From contig JADLCI010000007.1 in NCBI GenBank assembly GCA_020847275.1, positions 27,814 through 91,813 of the forward strand: a stretch of 64,000 nucleotides of DNA, in the 5' to 3' direction. Under the pieces are notes generated by a model. The model worked only from the letters and a program-made list of their open reading frames with translations, ran no database searches and had not been told where the DNA came from. Position numbers and translations under genes: made by a program. Shown in pieces: positions 27,332 to 35,929 of this stretch (position 1 is its first letter; each line of letters begins with the position of its first letter). Source of the DNA: Candidatus Nomurabacteria bacterium. Its GTDB lineage: Bacteria > Patescibacteriota > Minisyncoccia > Phycocordibacterales > JACOZG01.

Positions 27332-28215
27332 AAAAACATTCTGGAGAAATTTTAGACAAAAAGGACGGGGCGAAAGTGATTGATTGCGGTCTGTGTGGTT
27401 TTGCTCACGTTTTACCAATTCCCAGTGATGAGAAGCTTAAACATTTTTACGAAAAAGAATTTTATCAACACGAGAGGCCAAATTATTTCAAGGAAACTAA
27501 GGAAGATTTATCTTGGTGGATGTCCACTTATAATAACTATTACCAGCTTTTTGAGCTTAGGACCAAGGGCCGTAAACTTCTTGACATTGGATCTGGACCA
27601 GGACATTTCTTGATGTGTGGCAAAAAACGCGGCTGGGAGACAACCGGGATAGAGCCATCTACTTCGGCAGCCCGCTACAGTCAGAAGCGTGGCCTCGTTA
27701 CATACAATGATTTTTTTAATTATGATCATGTAAAAAACCTGGGATTCTTTGATGTTGTGCATGCGGCGATGGTCCTTGAACACGTGCCACATCCTACGGG
27801 ATTTATTAATGACATGAAAAAAATGTTGAAACATAATGGTCTCATTGCTATTTTTTCTCCCAACGACTATAATCCTCTCCAGACTGTTTTACGTACAGAG
27901 CATAAATTCAAGCCATGGTGGGTTGTACCGAGACATCACCTTAACTACTTTACCGTGAAGAGTATGGCTCATCTGTTGCAACGGCTTGGATTTGTAATTG
28001 AGGATGTCCTTGGAACCTATCCCCTTGAAACTTTTTTACTGGCTGGAAAGAACTACGTTGGTAATCACGGGGTAGGGCGTGCTTGTCACGCGAAGCGTAA
28101 AATTTTTGAGATGGGACTTTATAAAAAAGATCCCACGCTGATTAATGATCTCTATAGAGGGCTGGCCACTGTTGGTCTCGGACGAGAGTTTCTGATTATT
28201 GCCAGAAAGAAATAA
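27328..28215 (+). CDS. Class I SAM-dependent methyltransferase with an N-terminal CxxC
   Basis: CGLCG, LLDIGSGPG and VLEHV motifs. Confidence 0.88.
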   Translation: MKKHSGEILDKKDGAKVIDCGLCGFAHVLPIPSDEKLKHFYEKEFYQHERPNYFKETKEDLSWWMSTYNNYYQLFELRTKGRKLLDIGSGPGHFLMCGKKRGWETTGIEPSTSAARYSQKRGLVTYNDFFNYDHVKNLGFFDVVHAAMVLEHVPHPTGFINDMKKMLKHNGLIAIFSPNDYNPLQTVLRTEHKFKPWWVVPRHHLNYFTVKSMAHLLQRLGFVIEDVLGTYPLETFLLAGKNYVGNHGVGRACHAKRKIFEMGLYKKDPTLINDLYRGLATVGLGREFLIIARKK

Positions 28216-28221
28216 TAAAAA

Positions 28222-29427
28222 ATGAAAATTTCGACAGACAATAAACCGCCCGCGATATGGTTGATTACTGGAGGGACAATGCAAAGGCCAGTGGTTGAGA
28301 GGGTAAAAAATCGTGGCTATAAACTTATAGTAAGCGACGGTTCTTCGGAGTGCGCACTCCGTTCTTTTGCGGATGAATTTTTGCACCTCGATATTTTTGC
28401 AATCAAAGAGAATGTCGCCGCATCAGATGAACTGAAGAAACGTTACGACATTTGTGCGGTCTTTACATCAGCGTCAGATTGTCACGAAACTGTCGCTACT
28501 GTGGCTCGACACCTGGGACTTCCTGGCATTGATCCCAGTATTTCGCGCGTATGCAGATATAAATATGAGACACGTAGTATTTTTACGAAAGCAGGGATTC
28601 CTCAGCCGAAGTTTAGAATTGTTGGAACATATGATGACGCGCTGAAAGCTCTAGACGATATCGGTATTCCTGCGGCGCTAAAGGCGACAAACAATGCCGG
28701 TAGTCGCGGTTTTGCTCAGATTATGTCGGAATCGGACTTAACCCCAGAAGCGTTTGCGCATTCCGTTAAGAATGGAACAACTGGCTCAGCTATCATCGAG
28801 GAGCTTCTTATCCCCGTGAAAGACGAGATTGCAGAACAATCGGTCGAAACACTTTGGTTTGGTGGGCGAATGTATTGGCTAAATTGGGTTGATAGGATGT
28901 TCCGTCAGGATATGGGGTTTTTTCCAGAGTTTGACGCAGGTGTGTACGGTAATCTTCCTTGGGCGGTGGAAATAGGGCATCTAAATCCAGCGGTACACGG
29001 CTTCGAAACAACAGCAGCCGTGCAGGATATGGTAGAAAAAGCCGGTAAAGCGCTCGGTTTAGATAAACAAAAAGGGGGACACATATTAAAGCACGACATT
29101 ATGCTTACTGAAAAAGGGCCATATATTATTGAGTCTACACCACGTTTATCTGGTGGATGGGATTCTAGTGGCTCGACTCTAATGCGCGGTGCAGACTTTA
29201 TTGATGGTGCAATAGAGATGGCACTAGGTGGTCAGCTGACAGCAGAAATCTTCTACAAATATTTCGTGTACAAGTACCCACAGACATATGTGGCGATGCT
29301 TTCTGAAATACCCAAAGACCCAAAAGATTGTATTGGTAGACGTTTTGCTTTTGATGGTGGTCTCGATCCAGATGAAGCAGTGGCGAAAGCATATGAAAAA
29401 ATAAAAAAAGGAGAATTTATTACATGA
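28222..29427 (+). CDS. ATP-grasp domain protein (putative amide ligase)
   Basis: KYETR, LKATNNAGSRG, IIEE, KHDIM and IIESTPRLSGG motifs. Confidence 0.85.
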   Translation: MKISTDNKPPAIWLITGGTMQRPVVERVKNRGYKLIVSDGSSECALRSFADEFLHLDIFAIKENVAASDELKKRYDICAVFTSASDCHETVATVARHLGLPGIDPSISRVCRYKYETRSIFTKAGIPQPKFRIVGTYDDALKALDDIGIPAALKATNNAGSRGFAQIMSESDLTPEAFAHSVKNGTTGSAIIEELLIPVKDEIAEQSVETLWFGGRMYWLNWVDRMFRQDMGFFPEFDAGVYGNLPWAVEIGHLNPAVHGFETTAAVQDMVEKAGKALGLDKQKGGHILKHDIMLTEKGPYIIESTPRLSGGWDSSGSTLMRGADFIDGAIEMALGGQLTAEIFYKYFVYKYPQTYVAMLSEIPKDPKDCIGRRFAFDGGLDPDEAVAKAYEKIKKGEFIT

Positions 29428-30278
29428 TGAATTTTATGAAATGTGTTTGGTGTGGTAAAACTGGAAAAAAGAACTATCACGCACGTGTCCGGTGGAAAGA
29501 CCTTGATTCTAAATGGTATCGGTGTTCCAGTTGCAGTAGTTTAATGATTTTACCACTCCCGTCCAAGAAGTTAATAAAAAAAGTTTACGAGAACGACTAT
29601 TTGTGTAAAAAATTACAACCACACATTGGCGTAGATAGCAGGGTTAGATATTCGAAAGAATATCGTCCTACGGTTTTTGCTGAGTATGCCATGTCTCTCG
29701 AGGATTTAGGGGTCAAACCCTCAGAGGTAAAATCAATATTAGATTTTGGGTGTGCTGATGGTATTTTTCTTGAATTTTGTGAGAAATACTTTAGCCCAAA
29801 AACCGTGCTTTATGGCGCAGATATCTCGAAAGACATGCTCGAACAGGCAAAAAGAAAGGCTTGGAATGTGGTGCATATCGATGATATTAAAAAACTTAAA
29901 AAGAAATTTGATCTCATTACTCTTTGGGATGTTATAGAGCACGTCGAGGCCCCCGCTGTGGTAATATCTAGCCTGAAGAAGTTTCTTAACCCCAAGGGGA
30001 AAATCTTATTAGAAACACCACGTTTCGGTGTTTTGGCTGAGTTTTCAGGGGAAAATTGGCCGCATCTTTTACCCGTTCAACACCTGAGTGTCGCATCGAA
30101 AGAGGGTATGCAAAAACTTGCTCGGAGAACCGGTTTTAAAATAGATAGACATTGTAGCTTTGGCGCAAATGCGCCAAGTGCCGTCATACCCCAACCATAC
30201 AAAAAAATCTTTGATCAGATGGCCAAAAAACTAGATTTTGGAGATGTGCAAATTTTAACACTAAAACTGGAGAAATAA
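29424..30278 (+). CDS. Class I SAM-dependent methyltransferase with a Zn-ribbon-like N-terminus
   Basis: CVWC...CSSC, ILDFGCADG and WDVIEH motifs. Confidence 0.88.
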   Translation: MMNFMKCVWCGKTGKKNYHARVRWKDLDSKWYRCSSCSSLMILPLPSKKLIKKVYENDYLCKKLQPHIGVDSRVRYSKEYRPTVFAEYAMSLEDLGVKPSEVKSILDFGCADGIFLEFCEKYFSPKTVLYGADISKDMLEQAKRKAWNVVHIDDIKKLKKKFDLITLWDVIEHVEAPAVVISSLKKFLNPKGKILLETPRFGVLAEFSGENWPHLLPVQHLSVASKEGMQKLARRTGFKIDRHCSFGANAPSAVIPQPYKKIFDQMAKKLDFGDVQILTLKLEK

Positions 30279-30280
30279 TT

Positions 30281-31045
30281 ATGAGTTTTTACAAACCAGG
30301 AAACCAAGAGCTTTCTCTCCTAGATTTTGAGTTGTTACAGTTGACGAAGGGGGAGAGTTTAGAGTGGGTGTCGAATGATTTTGAGGTTGTTGCTGTCATA
30401 ATTGAGGGTGAGTGTTCCGTCTCGTCGGAGATGCAGACCTGGAAGTTATCTCGGCAAACGGTGTTTAAGGATGCGGCTTCTGCTGTTTTTGCTTCACCCG
30501 GAGTTAAACTATCCATTATTGCTAACGAGAAAACTACTCTTGCGATGTGTAAGGCGCGCGCAGAGAAAAGATTTCAGACAACTTTTATTCCACCAGAGAA
30601 TGTTAATAGCGAATGGCGAGGTAGGGAAGGTTACAGAAGAAGAGTCTCGAATATTTTAAATACGGAGACGCAAACACAAAGGATTGCGGTGGGTGAGACG
30701 ATCAATGAGCCTGGACAGTGGTCATCTTTTCCCTCACATAAGCACGATACTTACGAAAAGAGTGGAGACAGGACGGTGGAGGTTCCACTTGAAGAAATTT
30801 ATTATTTTAGGTTGGAACCAAAAACTGGTTTTGGTCTCCAGCGTCTATATACCAAGGACGGTTCCTTTGACGAGGCACGCGTGATAAAAGATGGCGATGT
30901 AGTTCAAATTCCCAAGGGCTACCACCCGGTCGCTAGCATTCCTGGCCATAGCTTATATTATCTTTGGATGCTTGGAGGAGAAAATAGAGTCTATATATGG
31001 AACACTGATCCAGGATTACGTTGGTTGGAAAGAAATGGTAATTAA
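30281..31045 (+). CDS. iolB: IolB/KduI-family isomerase (5-deoxy-glucuronate isomerase-like)
   Basis: GQWSSFPSHKHD, LEEIYYF, GFGLQRLY, IPKGYHP and YYLWML motifs. Confidence 0.85.
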   Translation: MSFYKPGNQELSLLDFELLQLTKGESLEWVSNDFEVVAVIIEGECSVSSEMQTWKLSRQTVFKDAASAVFASPGVKLSIIANEKTTLAMCKARAEKRFQTTFIPPENVNSEWRGREGYRRRVSNILNTETQTQRIAVGETINEPGQWSSFPSHKHDTYEKSGDRTVEVPLEEIYYFRLEPKTGFGLQRLYTKDGSFDEARVIKDGDVVQIPKGYHPVASIPGHSLYYLWMLGGENRVYIWNTDPGLRWLERNGN

Positions 31046-31094
31046 AGTTCAGCGTGCTAGTATTTAATCTTATTAATGCGTAATTAATGACCAC

Positions 31095-31673
31095 ATGGCG
31101 TATTCTTGGGTGAATGAAATAAGGTTAGATAATCTTTGTGCCAGCGGTAACGACGAAGTGCTGGTATTTGAGTCATTGGGAGAATGTGCCAAGGTGTATC
31201 TTAAGGGCAACACGATTGAACGGGTTGTTTTTACTCTAGGTGGTGAGGCGCCAGTTACCATTGAGTCTGATAGTGCGCAAGCGATAGTGGTGGGAAATGG
31301 CAATACACAGCGGGATGTTTTTCACTACATAAGACCTGGTGGCCCAGCTCCCACACTACGTCTTGGTATCACGGTTCATCGTGGAGAAGGTTCGTGGTCT
31401 AGTCTGCCACATAATTTTGAACTAAACACGGAGTCTGGATTTGAGGAGGTTTTCTTTTACCTTCTCGAAAACTCAAGTAGACGTGGCATTCAGGTCGGAA
31501 AGGGTGTCTGGTTTGATAACACTCCCGTGGATACGGTTTGGCCAATTAAGGATCGCGCATTTGGCACTGTGCCCATGGGATATCATCCGGTTGTTGGTGA
31601 GCCGGGTGTTAAGGTTTCGTATGTTTGGGCCTATCTTGCAAAGAAGAAGGAATGGGAAAAGGTAAGACAATAG
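31095..31673 (+). CDS. Second, shorter IolB/KduI-like cupin protein
   Basis: GSWSSLPH, FEEVFFY, VPMGYHP and YVWAY are the same motif series as the upstream IolB. Confidence 0.7.
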   Translation: MAYSWVNEIRLDNLCASGNDEVLVFESLGECAKVYLKGNTIERVVFTLGGEAPVTIESDSAQAIVVGNGNTQRDVFHYIRPGGPAPTLRLGITVHRGEGSWSSLPHNFELNTESGFEEVFFYLLENSSRRGIQVGKGVWFDNTPVDTVWPIKDRAFGTVPMGYHPVVGEPGVKVSYVWAYLAKKKEWEKVRQ

Positions 31674-31687
31674 AACTAAGATAAAAT

Positions 31688-32368
31688 ATGAAAATAAAAA
31701 AAACAGCTGTTGTGGTTGGTGCTACTGGAAACATTGGCACGGCGCTCGTTCAGGCACTTTCAGAAGATGGTTATTTTGTCGATCCAACTTGGCTCGGGGC
31801 CGACCGTCCAGATGTTCGGAATTCGTCGTCATATGATCATTTGCCACCCAAGATTGATCTCGCGGTTTATCTCGCGGGAATAACTCATAACGATGTTGCG
31901 GATGAACTGGACGAAGAAAAATGGGATGAAGTCCTAGACATAAATCTCAAAGGAGCTTTTCTTTTCGCCAAGGCTGCCTTTCCCTCAATGAAAGAGGCGG
32001 GGCAGGCGACGTTTGTTGCAATGTCATCGATAAATGCAACTCATCCCTATCCGCGTCGTGTTGCTTATTCGGCATCAAAAGCTGGTATTGAGGGACTGAT
32101 CCGTCAACTGGCGATAGAGTGGGGAAAATATAATATAGCATCTCATGCTATCCGACTCGGACATCTTTCTGGGGTCATGAAGTCTTCGGTTATGAATATG
32201 GCTGTTCTTGACGCGGTTAAAGCAAAAATTCCCTCTGGCCGATTGATTCCACCCAAGGCGGTTGCCGACTACATCGTTTGGTTGGGGAAGGGAAACGCAC
32301 AATATGTTTCAGGAGGTGTTATTGATTTTGACCCCGCCTATATGATTAACCGTAACCCGTTGATCTGA
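31688..32368 (+). CDS. Short-chain dehydrogenase/reductase
   Basis: GATGNIG and the YSASK (YxxxK) catalytic motif. Confidence 0.9.
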   Translation: MKIKKTAVVVGATGNIGTALVQALSEDGYFVDPTWLGADRPDVRNSSSYDHLPPKIDLAVYLAGITHNDVADELDEEKWDEVLDINLKGAFLFAKAAFPSMKEAGQATFVAMSSINATHPYPRRVAYSASKAGIEGLIRQLAIEWGKYNIASHAIRLGHLSGVMKSSVMNMAVLDAVKAKIPSGRLIPPKAVADYIVWLGKGNAQYVSGGVIDFDPAYMINRNPLI

Positions 32369-32386
32369 TTCATTCTTTCATCCAAC

Positions 32387-33151
32387 ATGCAACAGAGATT
32401 TGGTATCGCGACTCGTTTCTATGGCCTCTCAGAAAAAGATGTGCAACGTCTTGGGGCTTGGGTTGACGCTGCTCTAGGGGTTGTATCTCCAGAAAATGTG
32501 TATGTGGCTATACGTTCAGAATTAGATCTCTCTGGAAGTCAGGACTTTATGCGTCGGAGTTATCCAGGAGTCAATATGTTTCCGGTGACACCTTGGGGCA
32601 AGGTCGTTCAGGCACCAAACGCCCTTCTTCTCAAGTGTGCAGAGCAAAGAATGAGCCATATCCTTTTCGCAAGCACAGAATATACGGTAACAAAGTCCCT
32701 TACCGCACTTCTCATGTCACACCTTGATGAGCAAACGCTGGTCGTTGGCGCGCGTCTGCCCTCACATGACTTTAAGGCTTCATCGGGGGAGAGAATTTTG
32801 GTGAAAAACGCTAGCGGACTCCAGATTCCCTGGAATACCTGTGCCTTGTGGTCTCTTGAACATCTTGTTCACACTGGTTTCGTACTTGCCGCTGACTCAC
32901 TTCATGATCCTGACAATGCGGGAATGGAGGAAATGGGAACCATCGCCGCGCAACAGATTCTGTGGCCAGGTTCGGCCTTGGCCAAACTAGTTTCTCCTCT
33001 CAGTGGAGATATTGTAATGAACACGTACGGATGGGACGTCAAACGACAAGAACGTTATGTTCATAATCTGGAATCAAAGAATTCCCGTTCTACGACCCAA
33101 CTCGAACGTTTAGCCATGTCAGCTCCAGATGTTTATCATATCGACGTGTGA
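32387..33151 (+). CDS. Hypothetical protein, possible GT-A-like fold
   Basis: Intact 254-aa ORF in the glycan locus. The order of elements (N-terminal strand, 'APNALL' helix, 'ILFASTE', 'LVVGARL', IPWNTCALW, GMEE) resembles a GT-A topology with no DxD. Confidence 0.45.
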   Translation: MQQRFGIATRFYGLSEKDVQRLGAWVDAALGVVSPENVYVAIRSELDLSGSQDFMRRSYPGVNMFPVTPWGKVVQAPNALLLKCAEQRMSHILFASTEYTVTKSLTALLMSHLDEQTLVVGARLPSHDFKASSGERILVKNASGLQIPWNTCALWSLEHLVHTGFVLAADSLHDPDNAGMEEMGTIAAQQILWPGSALAKLVSPLSGDIVMNTYGWDVKRQERYVHNLESKNSRSTTQLERLAMSAPDVYHIDV

Positions 33152-33184
33152 GCACGGGAGATTCCAAGGCCGAAGAGCCCACTA

Positions 33185-33214
33185 TTGACAAGATAGACAT
33201 AATATGCATATACT
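33185..33214 (+). promoter_or_regulatory. Sigma70-type promoter
   Basis: TTGACA (33185-33190), 18 bp spacer, TATACT (33209-33214). Confidence 0.65.
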
Positions 33215-33287
33215 TAAGCGGGTGTTTGGGTGAAATGTGAGTAGCCTTGCTTCTGGTCTTTGGAATTGAAAAAAAGGAGATAGTCTT

Positions 33288-33989
33288 ATGGCTGATGACC
33301 AACTTTTCGTGTTGGCCAAGAAACTTCAAGCGGTGTGCATTTTCACGGGTGATATTGTCCCCACAGACGAACCGAGGTACAAAGAGGTCGGTGGTTTTCG
33401 CTCATCGTATGGACTTGAGTCCGATGCAACCGGACCAGTGTTTAGCTACCAACGTGTTCTTGCTGCCGCTAACCTCTGGGATCTAAATCGTCTTCTCAAG
33501 ATTGTTCCTTCAGGAGGGCCCACCAATATTGCGGGTAAGGAGAATGTGACCATCAGTGACGTGGTCTCGTTCGAGCTTACACGGATGCTGGGTGTATCGC
33601 GGGATTCAATCGTAGAAGAGCCGCGGGCTTCCAATACCATGGAGCAAGTGATGTATTGCGGGGACAAGGTTCTAGAACAAGGTTGGTCTTCGCCACGAGT
33701 GGCTATCCTTGCTCCTTGCTGGCAGTTTCCTCGGATCAGTGCGATGCTCACACTGACGAGACACCACCGTTCGCCCCTTCTCCCTGGTGTGACTCAGTTC
33801 GTTTCGATGGAAAGAGTGCTTGCGGCCTTTGATCCAAAGTGGAACGACATTTTCGTCGAATGGTACTCTGATTCGAAAGCAAGAGAAATGTTTGCTAAGG
33901 AGGCGTTGGGTACCGGTCAGCTTTGGACTGGACACCAACCCCAGTATCCGGGGCCATTTCGTGGTTTCGACGATCCGTTGACCATTTAG
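33288..33989 (+). CDS. YdcF/ElyC/SanA (DUF218)-like protein
   Basis: SGG...SIVEEPRASNTMEQ and FPR motifs; SD AAGGAG at 33274-33279. Confidence 0.65.
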   Translation: MADDQLFVLAKKLQAVCIFTGDIVPTDEPRYKEVGGFRSSYGLESDATGPVFSYQRVLAAANLWDLNRLLKIVPSGGPTNIAGKENVTISDVVSFELTRMLGVSRDSIVEEPRASNTMEQVMYCGDKVLEQGWSSPRVAILAPCWQFPRISAMLTLTRHHRSPLLPGVTQFVSMERVLAAFDPKWNDIFVEWYSDSKAREMFAKEALGTGQLWTGHQPQYPGPFRGFDDPLTI

Positions 33990-34002
33990 AGACTGTTCGC
34001 TC

Positions 34003-34034
34003 ACTGGCTCCCAGAAATGGGGGCCAGTTTTTTT
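34003..34034 (+). terminator. Intrinsic terminator
   Basis: ACTGGCTCCCA-GAAA-TGGGGGCCAGT followed by a T-run. Confidence 0.85.
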
Positions 34035-34069
34035 AATACCTTATCCAGGTTATAATCAGAATCACCGCC

Positions 34070-35830
34070 ATGAATGGTACGATAAGGACGCTTTGGGGTA
34101 CATTTAGTAGATATCGCTGGCATGTTATCGCGCTGGTTCTTTTTGCTGTGCTAAGCCCCCTTCTTGAGGGTATTGGCATCAACGCTGTTATTCCACTCAT
34201 GTCTTTTTTTATGGGTGGTGGCGTGGCGTCCAACTTCATTACAGAGATGATTCAGGGGTTTTTTGTTTTTTTACACATACCGTTCAGCTTTCGTTATCTG
34301 CTCGGCTTCATTTTTGGTCTCTTCATACTTCGAGCAGTTTCTGTTGTCGTGTTCGGATATATTAGGGGTTGGATAAATGCCGACTTTCTTGGCAAGGAAA
34401 GCGAAGATATTATGCAACGAGCACTCCGGTCTTCTTGGTCTTTTTCGCGAAAGCAAGAAATGGGCACGATGCACAATACACTTGTGCGCGATGTTCAGCA
34501 AACCGGTGGCCTCTTGGGGGCAATAGTTCAGGTTATCCAGTCTTTTAGCGGTTTTCTCATGTATTTTCTTGTGGCAATAAATATTTCAGCCGTAATGACC
34601 TTATATGCTGTTGGCGGTGGAATCATTTTACTCCTTGTTTTGTGGCCACTCATCCGTCGCACAGAGCATATCGGGCAGCAAACCTCTGGAGTAGAGAAAC
34701 AGTTCGCTCAATTTTTGAGTGAACATATGGTTGGTATGAAGTCCATTAAAGCCGCGGGTGTTGAGAGTAGCGCCATTAGAAACGGTGCAATGCACATTAG
34801 ACTTCTTCGTCACCTCTCAATTCGACAATCTCTTGTGGGGACGGTGAGTACAAGCTTTTTCCAGCCATTTGCAATCGTTCTTGTTGTTTTGCTTTTCTTT
34901 CTGACATATCATACGCCTGGATTCAATATAATTTCCTTTACCGCTTCTTTGTATTTGATACAAAAAATTTTTACTTATATTGAGTCTGGGCAAAACGCCA
35001 TGCAATCGGTGAGCGGACTACTACCATATGCTAAAAATTTAGCAAGACTTAAACACAGTCTTCAGACTCATCGTGAGCCATCTGGGGGGACAATGCCATT
35101 TGTTTTCAATAAAGAACTTTCATTTAAAGAAGTTTCATTTGGATATGATGATGGCAGACCAGTTATTGATGGAATCGATTTCTCAATTCGTGTCGGAGAA
35201 ACAGTTGGACTTATCGGTCCATCCGGTGCGGGGAAGACATCGATTGCCGATCTTCTTTTGCGTCTCTTTAGACCAGATCGTGGCGCCGTACTCTTAGATG
35301 GTGTATCTAGTGATTTAATTAGTCTTGAGGAGTGGCGAGCACGCATTGGTTACGTATCTCAAGATGTCTTTCTTCTGAATGGTACGATTGAAGAAAATAT
35401 TAGGTTTTATAACAAAACATTGACGACAGAAGATATCGAGCTTGCCTCCAAACAAGCAAATATCTACGACTTCATAATGGGTTTACCTGAAGGTTTCCAA
35501 ACAAAGACTGGTGACAGGGGAGTGATGCTCTCTGGCGGACAACGCCAACGTATTGCGCTCGCCCGCGCGCTCGCTAGCAAACCATCACTTATCATTCTTG
35601 ATGAAGCCACGAGCGCTCTTGATTCAGTCTCAGAGAAACTAGTACGGGAGTCTATCCGAGATCTACACGGTTCTGCGACGGTACTAATTATTACGCACAG
35701 ATTGAATACCGTAGAACATGCAGACCGTCTGTTGGTACTCAGTGATGGGAAGATTATTGAACGTGGCACACCACAAGAGCTCTTGGCGCGGTCTGACTCC
35801 TATTTCTCGAGACACTTTGGGAACCGATGA
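34070..35830 (+). CDS. ABC exporter, fused TMD-NBD (MsbA/PglK/Wzk-like flippase candidate)
   Basis: N-terminal TM domain, GPSGAGKT, LSGGQRQR and ILDEATSALD motifs. Confidence 0.88.
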   Translation: MNGTIRTLWGTFSRYRWHVIALVLFAVLSPLLEGIGINAVIPLMSFFMGGGVASNFITEMIQGFFVFLHIPFSFRYLLGFIFGLFILRAVSVVVFGYIRGWINADFLGKESEDIMQRALRSSWSFSRKQEMGTMHNTLVRDVQQTGGLLGAIVQVIQSFSGFLMYFLVAINISAVMTLYAVGGGIILLLVLWPLIRRTEHIGQQTSGVEKQFAQFLSEHMVGMKSIKAAGVESSAIRNGAMHIRLLRHLSIRQSLVGTVSTSFFQPFAIVLVVLLFFLTYHTPGFNIISFTASLYLIQKIFTYIESGQNAMQSVSGLLPYAKNLARLKHSLQTHREPSGGTMPFVFNKELSFKEVSFGYDDGRPVIDGIDFSIRVGETVGLIGPSGAGKTSIADLLLRLFRPDRGAVLLDGVSSDLISLEEWRARIGYVSQDVFLLNGTIEENIRFYNKTLTTEDIELASKQANIYDFIMGLPEGFQTKTGDRGVMLSGGQRQRIALARALASKPSLIILDEATSALDSVSEKLVRESIRDLHGSATVLIITHRLNTVEHADRLLVLSDGKIIERGTPQELLARSDSYFSRHFGNR

Positions 35831-35929
35831 TTGTTTGTGTAGCATTTACTGGCGGTTATTTTTTTCGGACAAATCTTGTTCTGGTCTTGCTAAATCATCC
35901 AGATCTTGCTTGAATTATCTATTATTGAT

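Noticed and set aside
30281-31673. myo-inositol catabolism operon
   Set aside because: No iolC, iolD, iolE or iolG in the window; the genes are embedded in a glycan biosynthesis run.
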